From positions 35,073 to 99,072 of IMG/VR virus record IMGVR_UViG_3300044707_000932: a stretch of 64,000 nt of DNA; one strand, given 5' to 3'. Shown in pieces: positions 1-6,968 of this stretch (its first letter is position 1; every line of letters begins with the position of its first letter). The notes under the pieces are model-generated. The model worked only from the letters and a program-made list of their open reading frames with translations, did not search any database and had not been told where the DNA came from. Source of the stretch: a virus. The translations under genes and the position numbers were made by a program.

Positions 1-56
1 TTCATAGGCATACACAAGGAGAGGATGTGGAGTTAAAAGATATTGAAGTTTATTAA

Positions 57-128
57 GGTCGGGTGGCCGAGTGGCTTAGGCGAAGGTCTGCAAAACCTTC
101 TACGTAGGTTCGATTCCTACTCTGACCT
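57..128 (+). tRNA. tRNA-Cys(GCA)
   Basis: Cloverleaf: GGTCGGG/TCTGACC acceptor, AAGGT-CTGCAAA-ACCTT anticodon arm, GTAGG-TTCGATT-CCTAC T arm, U73; CCA not encoded. Confidence 0.95.
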
Positions 129-135
129 CGAACAT

Positions 136-207
136 GGTGGTTGTAGCCTAATGGTAGGGCGGAAGTTTGTGGCACTTCATGTGAGAGTTCGATTCTCTCC
201 AATCACA
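136..207 (+). tRNA. tRNA-His(GTG), with genomic G-1
   Basis: GTGGTTG/CAATCAC acceptor, GAAGT-TTGTGGC-ACTTC anticodon arm, GAGAG-TTCGATT-CTCTC T arm. Confidence 0.93.
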
Positions 208-213
208 CAAAAT

Positions 214-287
214 GGAAGTATAGCTCAGCTGGTCAGAGCGCTATTCTGATACGATAGATGCCAGTGGTTCGAATCCACTTACTTCCA
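214..287 (+). tRNA. tRNA-Ile(GAT)
   Basis: GGAAGTA/TACTTCC acceptor, CTATT-CTGATAC-GATAG anticodon arm, AGTGG-TTCGAAT-CCACT T arm. Confidence 0.93.
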
Positions 288-288
288 C

Positions 289-807
289 ATGAGACGAAAA
301 ATTATTTTTATTGATGTTGACGGACCACTAGCTTGGGCTACTTGGGGTGATGGAAGAGTTACGCTGAATGAGGCTTCCAAAACTTTCACCATCCCATACC
401 CTTGGGTTGAAGAAGATTGTCAAGCATTACAAAAAATTTGTAATGAAACAAATGCTTTTTTAGTTGTAAGTTCTGATTGGAGGAAACATTTCAGTATTAT
501 ACAATTAAAAAGAATTTTTCAATACTATGGTGTAACCGCACCAATTGTTGATATCACTACACATCAAGACCTATGGAATAAACTCAGTAGACCATCAATA
601 GATTGGGAAAGAGCTGCGGAAGTTGTAAAATGGGCGAAAGATAACAAGATTTCGAATTGGATAGCAATTGACGATTTGAATCTAAAAAAAGAGTTCAAAT
701 GGATGAGAATACCACAATGGAGACATGTTCAGGTCGATGGAGATTGGGGTCAAGGTGGTAGACTCAGAGATAAAATTGATGAATGTATTAAAAAACTTGA
801 AAGATGA
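289..807 (+). CDS. HAD-superfamily phosphatase (Swiss Army Knife RNA-repair-like HAD domain)
   Basis: IFIDVDGPL motif I, VVSSDWR motif II, WIAIDDL motif IV. Confidence 0.8.
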   Translation: MRRKIIFIDVDGPLAWATWGDGRVTLNEASKTFTIPYPWVEEDCQALQKICNETNAFLVVSSDWRKHFSIIQLKRIFQYYGVTAPIVDITTHQDLWNKLSRPSIDWERAAEVVKWAKDNKISNWIAIDDLNLKKEFKWMRIPQWRHVQVDGDWGQGGRLRDKIDECIKKLER

Positions 808-1361
808 AAATTAATAGAGATAGACTGGCCACTCTTCTGAAATATGCAAGATTGGACCAACAAAATGAAGAACTAACTGATAAACAGTTTGTAGAAAAAC
901 TTGCAAACTATATGGAAGTTAATCCTGATTTTTTGGATTACCATGGAGTAAGTCATCCTGGTCGTTTCAGTTATCACACTGTCGGGTATGGTGTGTTTTC
1001 TCTTCTCGGAGAAAGATACAGAATGGGAAGAGTTGAAATATTCGACCGACAGCAAGATACAGGATATCCTGTTAGCGAAGGTGCTTATTGTATGCCACAT
1101 GTTGCGGCAAATCAATTTGAAGATTTTATTGAATCTTTGGAGACAGACCTTCCAATAAACATAGAAATAGGTTCTCACAAATGGTGTGAATATGAATGTG
1201 CAAAAGACCTTGGTTTTGAAAATGTGGAAGAAATGAGAGACCCTGAAAAAATCAAAGAATATCGTAAAAAGAAAAACGATATCTATGCGCAAGAACAGGG
1301 ATATAAAGATTTTGATGATTTATTGAAAAATAGTAAATTTGGAAATCTTCTGGTAAAATGA
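804..1361 (+). CDS. hypothetical protein
   Basis: 185-aa ORF coupled by ATGA overlap to the upstream gene; stops 6 nt before tRNA-Trp. Confidence 0.8.
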   Translation: MKINRDRLATLLKYARLDQQNEELTDKQFVEKLANYMEVNPDFLDYHGVSHPGRFSYHTVGYGVFSLLGERYRMGRVEIFDRQQDTGYPVSEGAYCMPHVAANQFEDFIESLETDLPINIEIGSHKWCEYECAKDLGFENVEEMRDPEKIKEYRKKKNDIYAQEQGYKDFDDLLKNSKFGNLLVK

Positions 1362-1367
1362 TTACCC

Positions 1368-1440
1368 ACGTCTGTAGCTCAGTTGGTAGAGTACTAGTCT
1401 CCAAAACTAGTTGTCGGAGGTTCGAGCCCTCTCAGGCGTG
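1368..1440 (+). tRNA. tRNA-Trp(CCA)
   Basis: ACGTCTG/CAGGCGT acceptor, CTAGT-CTCCAAA-ACTAG anticodon arm, GGAGG-TTCGAGC-CCTCT T arm. Confidence 0.95.
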
Positions 1441-1455
1441 CTACATATAAAAATT

Positions 1456-1809
1456 ATGAAACCAAAAGAATTATTAAAATTATGGGTTGAAAGATTCAAT
1501 CAATGCGATTACAAAGGATTGAGTGAATTATATTCAGAAACAGCAGTGAATCATCAGACACCATTGGAAATTGTAGAAGGTAGAGAAAATATAAAACAAA
1601 TGTTCAAAAATGAATTTGAACAATTTGAAATGGTTTGTATTGTTGAGAATATTTTTGAAGATGGTAATGTTGGAATTTTGGAATGGAAAGGAAATGAACA
1701 AAAACCATTAAGAGGTTGCGGATTTTTTTGGATTGAAAATGATAAAATTATTTATCAGAGAGGATATTGGGATAGAATGACTTTTATAGAACAACAAAAA
1801 GTAACGTGA
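1456..1809 (+). CDS. SnoaL-like / NTF2-family protein
   Basis: Start moved to ATG 1456, after the tRNA; W-VERFN..D...LSELYSETAVNHQ..GRENIKQMF..RGCGFFWIENDKIIYQRGYWD pattern. Confidence 0.8.
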   Translation: MKPKELLKLWVERFNQCDYKGLSELYSETAVNHQTPLEIVEGRENIKQMFKNEFEQFEMVCIVENIFEDGNVGILEWKGNEQKPLRGCGFFWIENDKIIYQRGYWDRMTFIEQQKVT

Positions 1810-1817
1810 GTTCAAAA

Positions 1818-1891
1818 CTTCAGTTCCCATACAGCGGTGAGATGGGCTAAGCAAGATACAATTCCTCGGAGCTGGGAGTAGAAGGCTGAAG
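1818..1891 (+). ncRNA. candidate structured RNA A
   Basis: Closing helix CTTCAGTT/GGCTGAAG enclosing CCCAT/ATGGG and ATTCCT/GGGAGT hairpins; hand-folded. Confidence 0.4.
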
Positions 1892-1903
1892 AATTTTTTA
1901 GGT

Positions 1904-2018
1904 TGATTGGGGAAGGGATATACGTTAACCTGATGATGGAGGTGGTATATTCGGAGTTGAAATCATCATAGTAATGCCAATCGTAAAAGGAGTTGTCCAC
2001 TCGACCATCTTCTCCTTT
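1904..2018 (+). ncRNA. candidate pseudoknotted RNA B plus 3' hairpin
   Basis: GATTGG/CCAATC, GGATATAC/GTATATTC, ACCT/AGGT, pseudoknot TGATGAT/ATCATCA, then AAAGGAG/CTCCTTT. Confidence 0.5.
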
Positions 2019-2025
2019 CCTATAA

Positions 2026-2099
2026 GGACCCCTAGCTCAGCAGGTTAGAGCAACTGACTCATAATCAGTAGGTCCACGGTTCGAGCCCGTGGGGGTCCA
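2026..2099 (+). tRNA. tRNA(CAT), probably Ile2 (lysidine); not initiator
   Basis: GGACCCC/GGGGTCC acceptor (paired 1-72), ACTGA-CTCATAA-TCAGT arm, A73; resembles bacterial ileX-type tRNAs, elongator Met not excluded. Confidence 0.88.
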
Positions 2100-2102
2100 C
2101 AA

Positions 2103-2166
2103 GACAGACACACGCTTCCCATCTCGAAGGATAATGAGAGGAATAATACGTCCTTTAATGTCTGTC
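2103..2166 (+). ncRNA. candidate pseudoknotted RNA C
   Basis: Perfect 8-bp closing helix GACAGACA/TGTCTGTC, TTCC/GGAA + TCTC/GAGA hairpin, loop GAAGGAT pairs with GTCCTTT; fills the gap between two tRNAs. Confidence 0.55.
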
Positions 2167-2171
2167 CCTAT

Positions 2172-2242
2172 TGTCGTATGGTGTAACGGTAACACAACAG
2201 ATTTTGGTTCTGTTTTTCAAGGTTCGAATCCTTGTGCGACAA
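2172..2242 (+). tRNA. tRNA-Gln(TTG)
   Basis: TGTCGTA/TGCGACA acceptor, ACAGA-TTTTGGT-TCTGT arm, CAAGG-TTCGAAT-CCTTG T arm. Confidence 0.95.
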
Positions 2243-2246
2243 CCGA

Positions 2247-2254
2247 TATTTATA
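2247..2254 (+). promoter_or_regulatory. putative phage late promoter TATTTATA (representative copy)
   Basis: Same motif precedes many starts in the window, e.g. 2893, 14661, 20014, 21357 (+) and 6927, 39186, 61844 (-). Confidence 0.6.
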
Positions 2255-2264
2255 TTAAAAAGAA

Positions 2265-2480
2265 ATGAGATTAATTATTTCAGAAGAAGAAAAAAAAGAA
2301 ATACTCTCCAAACATAAGAGTCCGAAACCAAAATCTGTAAAAGAGATTGAACAAGAAATTGATGAGATTGAAAAAAAATTGGGCAAGACAAAAAAGGAAA
2401 CTAAAGAAGTTGATTTTGATGAACTTGTGAATACGGATATGGACTTAGAAATGGATAGAGATAGTTTGGAACAATCTTAA
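2265..2480 (+). CDS. hypothetical protein, possible internal head protein
   Basis: 71 aa; N-terminal IISEEEKKEILSKH motif; TATTTATA upstream. Confidence 0.7.
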   Translation: MRLIISEEEKKEILSKHKSPKPKSVKEIEQEIDEIEKKLGKTKKETKEVDFDELVNTDMDLEMDRDSLEQS

Positions 2481-2503
2481 TAATATTTGTCATAATTTTA
2501 ACC

Positions 2504-2511
2504 TATCTTTG
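2504..2511 (+). promoter_or_regulatory. Bacteroidota primary-sigma -7 element (TATCTTTG)
   Basis: Exact TAnnTTTG match 14 nt before ATG 2526. Confidence 0.6.
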
Positions 2512-2525
2512 TACAAATTAATTTT

Positions 2526-2816
2526 ATGAATGAAGTTGGTTTGATAGGTAGTTTACTCTTAACATTCTGTGGTTTACCAGAACTCATTAGGACCCTCAAA
2601 AATCGAAGATGTGATATTGGGTGGGGTTTCCTCCTCATGTGGTTTTTTGGGGAGTTATTTTGTGTCTTTTATGGGTTAGATTTAAGAGAGATACCTTTAC
2701 TCATAAATTATAGTTTCAATTTGACCATAGTTGGGGTTATGTTATACTTCAAAATTAAGGGAGAGTTGCCTGAGTGGTTAAAGGAGCAGTTTGCTAAACT
2801 GTGGTCGAGCAATTGA
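2526..2816 (+). CDS. PQ-loop / SemiSWEET-like membrane protein
   Basis: GLIGSLLLTFCGLPELIRT..DI PQ-loop-like pattern, three hydrophobic helices; last 57 nt lie inside tRNA-Ser. Confidence 0.75.
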   Translation: MNEVGLIGSLLLTFCGLPELIRTLKNRRCDIGWGFLLMWFFGELFCVFYGLDLREIPLLINYSFNLTIVGVMLYFKIKGELPEWLKEQFAKLWSSN

Positions 2817-2844
2817 CCCATTGGTTCGAATCCAATACTCTCCG
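2760..2844 (+). tRNA. tRNA-Ser(GCT)
   Basis: GGAGAGT/ACTCTCC acceptor, GCAGT-TTGCTAA-ACTGT arm, long variable arm GGTCGA-GCAA-TTGACC, G73. Confidence 0.95.
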
Positions 2845-2941
2845 CAGATTTATTGTCGCAGAATCATTTGACGTTTTGAAGGTATTTTTATATATTTATA
2901 ATCTGATAGTTTAAAAAACATTAACTAAAAAAAACAAAAAA

Positions 2942-3127
2942 ATGAAAAAATTGTTAGCAATTTTATCACTTGTAACACTTGTTGCTTGTGGTGGCGAAAA
3001 TGGAGCATCAACTGAAGTAAAAACTGATTCTTCTGCGGTTGTAGTAGATTCAACAAAAGTAGAAGCTACACCTGCTGTAGATTCTGTAAAGGCTGAAGAG
3101 GCTCCAAAAGCGGAAGATGTAAAATAA
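2942..3127 (+). CDS. small lipoprotein
   Basis: MKK + hydrophobic stretch + LVAC lipobox; low-complexity D/S/T/A/V/K tail. Confidence 0.85.
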   Translation: MKKLLAILSLVTLVACGGENGASTEVKTDSSAVVVDSTKVEATPAVDSVKAEEAPKAEDVK

Positions 3128-3148
3128 TATATCTTTCCTTGAAAATTT

Positions 3149-3176
3149 AAAAACCCATCTGATGATGGGTTTTTTT
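3149..3176. terminator. bidirectional intrinsic terminator
   Basis: AAAAA-CCCATC-tgat-GATGGG-TTTTTTT between convergent genes. Confidence 0.85.
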
Positions 3177-3177
3177 A

Positions 3178-4431
3178 TTATATTAATCCTTTGATTCTGT
3201 CTATGTTTTCAAAGAGTCTCTTCCTCTTATATGTATTTTCCTTGAAAATACTTTGAGCCATCATTCTTAATATTGGGTCTCCTTTTTCAATTTCCTGAGC
3301 ATTGTCTGATTGGACTATAGAAAGTTCGTCTGATGGTATTTCGACTTGACCACCTTGTAAAGATTTGACTTTTATCGGATTACCCTTCTCATATGAAGCG
3401 ATTACTTCTCCTACTAAGTCTCCTGTACCCCAAACTTCTAATGATGGACATTGCGCTATTTCAGCAGCACCTATATTTTTTTTAAGTCCGTCTACAATAC
3501 AACTGTATCTACCATTATTGAGTGTTTTCAAAGTGGCAGACATTCCATCTTCTAGGGATTGATAATTTTGGACACCATGAGAATTGAAAGTTGTTGAATT
3601 TGGAAGTTTCCATGTAGTATTGAATGGATTAAATTTTCCACCTTGGCCTTCGGCCTGTCTCCAAGCTAATAAAAACTTTAAATTTTCGGGACTTACAGGG
3701 GCACCCAAGTTTTTGAGTAACTCTTCATAAAAACTTTTATCTGTAATACTTAGTTCATCAAGTGTTACCTCATCTGTAGAAGTAACTTCAGGCTCTGTTT
3801 TTAGACTCGCGGTCATAACAGGAAGTTCACCGGGTAATGAGGCGGCAATGGCAACATCTTTGTCAATAACGGGTTGTCCTTTGTATCTACCTTTTGTCTC
3901 GATAGGAACGAGCTTCACTAATTCTGACCATGAGGATGAAAGGAATCCTGGATTTTGATAGCTATACCCATCATCTTTGCCATATTTGGAAATAATCCAT
4001 TCCATGAATTCGATTATGGCATTTTTGTCACCGCTTACATCTAAACCAGCAGTTACTTGAGGTTCGCCAGGAAACAATTTGTAGTGAAAACTACTATCGG
4101 CGTGTACATCATCCAAATATCCGTTACCGTCTCTTTTAGCTATCAGATTTTCACTATTTTTGAGACCCATTTCATTGGCTTTGTTAATAACATCGATAGC
4201 AACATCCCTGTTTGTAAATCCAACATGAAGATGGTCCCAATGTTTTTTCCAAGTAATTCCAGCAATTTTCTTTCCACCGTCATACCCGTAACCTATTGGC
4301 CCACCCTTTTTTGTTGCGGGATTGTAAACTAACTCATCAATACCGTATATATCAACTTGTTCAGACAGAACATTTTTGTGTGAAAGAATGGATTCGTAAA
4401 GTTTGAATATATCTTTTATTTCGTGATTCAT
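3178..4431 (-). CDS. putative virion peptidoglycan hydrolase (Zn-peptidase-like + lysozyme-like domains)
   Basis: HWDHLHV and H-x-x-S-S-F-H-Y...GLDVSG motifs; C-terminal AWRQAEG..FNPFNTT..GVQNY lysozyme-like pattern. Confidence 0.55.
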   Translation of the reverse strand: MNHEIKDIFKLYESILSHKNVLSEQVDIYGIDELVYNPATKKGGPIGYGYDGGKKIAGITWKKHWDHLHVGFTNRDVAIDVINKANEMGLKNSENLIAKRDGNGYLDDVHADSSFHYKLFPGEPQVTAGLDVSGDKNAIIEFMEWIISKYGKDDGYSYQNPGFLSSSWSELVKLVPIETKGRYKGQPVIDKDVAIAASLPGELPVMTASLKTEPEVTSTDEVTLDELSITDKSFYEELLKNLGAPVSPENLKFLLAWRQAEGQGGKFNPFNTTWKLPNSTTFNSHGVQNYQSLEDGMSATLKTLNNGRYSCIVDGLKKNIGAAEIAQCPSLEVWGTGDLVGEVIASYEKGNPIKVKSLQGGQVEIPSDELSIVQSDNAQEIEKGDPILRMMAQSIFKENTYKRKRLFENIDRIKGLI

Positions 4432-4452
4432 AATGAATAAATATATTTGAAT

Positions 4453-4752
4453 TTATCTTTTGGTATAACTTAATCTTTTGATTTTTGGTTCAATAGATTT
4501 TTCTGTGGTCTTTTTATTTTTCTCTGTTGACTGAGTTTTAATTTTTTTTGGTTTGACCTTCCTTTTGAAGAAATCAGAGTCCCAAATAAAATCATTTGAG
4601 AAAAACAAAAAAATCCCAATAGTAGTTTCGAGGAGGATGTTTTTGAGAGATAATTGAATATTATCAATCAGAATAATAACAAGAAGAAATGTGATTGATA
4701 GTGTAAGTCCTTTCAGTATTTTTTTTGTATCTATCATAACAGATAAATACAA
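4453..4752 (-). CDS. hypothetical membrane protein (start probably ATG near 4737)
   Basis: Two hydrophobic segments and a basic tail; TATTTAT just upstream of the internal Met. Confidence 0.65.
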   Translation of the reverse strand: MYLSVMIDTKKILKGLTLSITFLLVIILIDNIQLSLKNILLETTIGIFLFFSNDFIWDSDFFKRKVKPKKIKTQSTEKNKKTTEKSIEPKIKRLSYTKR

Positions 4753-4764
4753 TGAAAAATGAAA

Positions 4765-4846
4765 GATGGTCAGAGGTTGGTGGGAAAAACCTAAGGGCTA
4801 GCACCCGTTCACTGCTGCAGACAATTACACCAACTTGACCACCATC
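4765..4846. ncRNA. candidate structured RNA D
   Basis: TGGTCA/TGACCA and GGTTGGTG/CACCAACT helices enclosing a GC-rich 45-nt core in an AT-rich intergenic gap. Confidence 0.4.
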
Positions 4847-4849
4847 AGT

Positions 4850-4960
4850 TCAAAAATCAATATAATCACCGTATTGGTCCCAATCTTGACTGGAATTACT
4901 TTCCCAAGTGTTTTTACTTGGAGAGGTGTCATTTTTCTTCTTGAATTTTGTATTAATCAT
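4850..4960 (-). CDS. small hypothetical protein (36 aa, MINTKFKKK...YGDYIDF)
   Basis: Hand-translated; ATG overlaps the end of the upstream gene. Confidence 0.4.
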   Translation of the reverse strand: MINTKFKKKNDTSPSKNTWESNSSQDWDQYGDYIDF

Positions 4961-5141
4961 TCTTGAAATAGAACTGATTAATTTCTTTAATAGTAATTTC
5001 ATCGTTTTTCCATTTTTTCCAAGTGTCGAAATCTTTTAGTTCTTCGAGAGTTTTTTCATGGACTAAGACATATCCTTCAGGGGCACAACCATTGTATCGA
5101 TATTCGAAACCTTTTTCTTCAAGAAGTTTTTTTATGTCCAT
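4953..5141 (-). CDS. hypothetical protein
   Basis: 62-aa ORF; TATATTTG promoter element at 5158-5165 (-). Confidence 0.7.
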   Translation of the reverse strand: MDIKKLLEEKGFEYRYNGCAPEGYVLVHEKTLEELKDFDTWKKWKNDEITIKEINQFYFKND

Positions 5142-5223
5142 TTTTTTGAATCGAACGCAAATATAAACTATTTATTTGAAATAACAAGTCCCAAAGACAT
5201 AAATCTTAAATCCAAGTACATGG

Positions 5224-5451
5224 ATGATGGTAAACAGAATAAGGGTTTGGAGAAAGACTTTTCAAGACAATCTTTCTCAGATTTTTTTAATGTTGGCATT
5301 ATTTTTCAATCCATTTGGATTCGATGCCGTTCAGTATTCCCTGATATTACTGACAGGAAGTTTATGGAGAGCGAACTTCGTTTTGTATGGTATTGCGGGA
5401 TTGTTCTTTGGATTATACATTTACTTTCGCAGGCTTTCTAAAGTGCCTTAA
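5224..5451 (+). CDS. hypothetical membrane protein
   Basis: 75 aa, two TM-like segments; TATTTAT at 5169. Confidence 0.65.
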   Translation: MMVNRIRVWRKTFQDNLSQIFLMLALFFNPFGFDAVQYSLILLTGSLWRANFVLYGIAGLFFGLYIYFRRLSKVP

Positions 5452-6922
5452 GTTTCCCTTCTTTGAAAGCGTCGAAATTTGGACCTTTGGTCAGTATAAA
5501 ATTTTTTCCGACCTTTCTGTAATCTAAAATTCCCGCCATCTTCGCTGAGGCGAAAAACGATGAATATTGGCCCCTCAAGTCTCCAGACTTGTAAAGATGT
5601 TTACCATTTGGTCTTTTATATCTTATTTTTCCATCTTGATTTATTTTTTCAAAAACCCCTATATCCGTTAAAAAATCTAATTTTGTTCCTGTACTACCTG
5701 TACCCTGTTCGTCTAACCAATCTACAAGTTTTTTTATGAGTCCTTTGTTTTTCCCGAAAGTATAACCATAACTGAGTCTTCTAGGTGTCCAAACTGGACC
5801 TGAAATATTCCGAACAAATTTGATGAACTCCGTATTTTGGCGTAATTTCCTTTCAACAGTACTAAACAAGTTTTTGATAAAAATATTTCTCATAACCTCT
5901 GGCTCATTGAAAAGTATCCTAGACGTAAACTCATAACCCCACTTATAAAGTTCTAAGTCAAATTTAATATTCTCTTCGTCATCACTAAAACCCACTGAGG
6001 TGTACCAATTGTTGAAGTCTTTAATACCGTAGGAAACAAAAATATCATATTTATCAATCTCATCATCATCTAAGCTTATCGTCAACCTTCCAATTGCTCG
6101 TTCATCCATATCAGGAATAATTTCGAAACCATCACATTGTAAACGTAATATCTTACCTGAGTTTTCGAAGTTTTCGTCAACATAAAATTCTGTATCATAA
6201 ACACTGAATACTTCATCCAACATTTTGGTATTAGGTTGCCTTTTTTTTGCGTTACTAATCACAACAGCATCGTATAGGTCAGGGAAATATTCTTTGAATA
6301 ATTCTACTTGTCCAACGTTCATTGCGTTGTCTTGTGCGTCCCACCATGTTTGATTCCCGTTTTCATCGAAATGAATGGCTACTTTATAATGTTTTTCTTT
6401 TTGAGTTCCTTTCTTTCTTATAATAAAATAAAGGTCTTTTCTCCCACTTGTATATCTGTCGAAATGTCCTGAACCTCTTTGAGTTACACACCATTTAGTA
6501 CCTGAGCCGTACTTACATGACGCTCCCTGAGTTTTTGGAACAATGACTAAAAAGTCATCGTCTTCGTAAATTTTTTCTGTTTGGTTTTCTAATTCTTTGT
6601 CCCTTTTTTTGTTTCTAACAAATTCTACTAAACTTCTGAGTTCACTCAAAGAGTTATATTGATTAATGTCTTTTTTTGGGAATTGACTTGAATATTTATC
6701 AAAATCTTTAACCAATTCTACAACGTCTTCAATGTCATCCGTTGATGAGTTTGGTCGTAGGTTTTTTAAAACAAAATCTGTATACTTGTGATTGAAATCA
6801 ATTAGGTCAGAAATACCAAGAATAAAATCTAGAGTGTTGGGCCATTCTTTGAACTTATCTGTGTATTTTTTTTTCAGGTCTTCTTTTCTACCCTCCTTCA
6901 ATAAAATATTGAAAAACTTCAT
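5438..6922 (-). CDS. hypothetical protein (KKDINQY...ASCKYG.GTKWC domain)
   Basis: 494-aa ORF; N-terminal ILLKEG motif; TATTTATA upstream. Confidence 0.85.
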   Translation of the reverse strand: MKFFNILLKEGRKEDLKKKYTDKFKEWPNTLDFILGISDLIDFNHKYTDFVLKNLRPNSSTDDIEDVVELVKDFDKYSSQFPKKDINQYNSLSELRSLVEFVRNKKRDKELENQTEKIYEDDDFLVIVPKTQGASCKYGSGTKWCVTQRGSGHFDRYTSGRKDLYFIIRKKGTQKEKHYKVAIHFDENGNQTWWDAQDNAMNVGQVELFKEYFPDLYDAVVISNAKKRQPNTKMLDEVFSVYDTEFYVDENFENSGKILRLQCDGFEIIPDMDERAIGRLTISLDDDEIDKYDIFVSYGIKDFNNWYTSVGFSDDEENIKFDLELYKWGYEFTSRILFNEPEVMRNIFIKNLFSTVERKLRQNTEFIKFVRNISGPVWTPRRLSYGYTFGKNKGLIKKLVDWLDEQGTGSTGTKLDFLTDIGVFEKINQDGKIRYKRPNGKHLYKSGDLRGQYSSFFASAKMAGILDYRKVGKNFILTKGPNFDAFKEGKLKAL

Positions 6923-6937
6923 ATGGTATAAATATAC

Positions 6938-6963
6938 AAAAAGGGAGATATAAATCTCCCTTT
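6938..6963 (-). terminator. intrinsic terminator after tRNA-Arg
   Basis: AAAGGGAGAT/ATCTCCCTTT stem with T-tract on the - strand. Confidence 0.75.
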
Positions 6964-6968
6964 GACAA

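Noticed and set aside
43-249. 68-aa ORF in the track
   Set aside because: Lies entirely over tRNA-Cys, -His and -Ile; TTG start; shadow ORF
1930-1963. CTGATGA...GAAA hammerhead-like core
   Set aside because: No stem II closes between the two core strands and I could not build stems I/III with a cleavage triplet
1812-2000. 62-aa minus-strand ORF
   Set aside because: Antisense to the tRNA operon, no recognisable features; region better explained by RNA structure
4783-4827. Resemblance of element D to twister or glutamine-II motifs
   Set aside because: Only short word matches; required conserved residues and second pseudoknot not found
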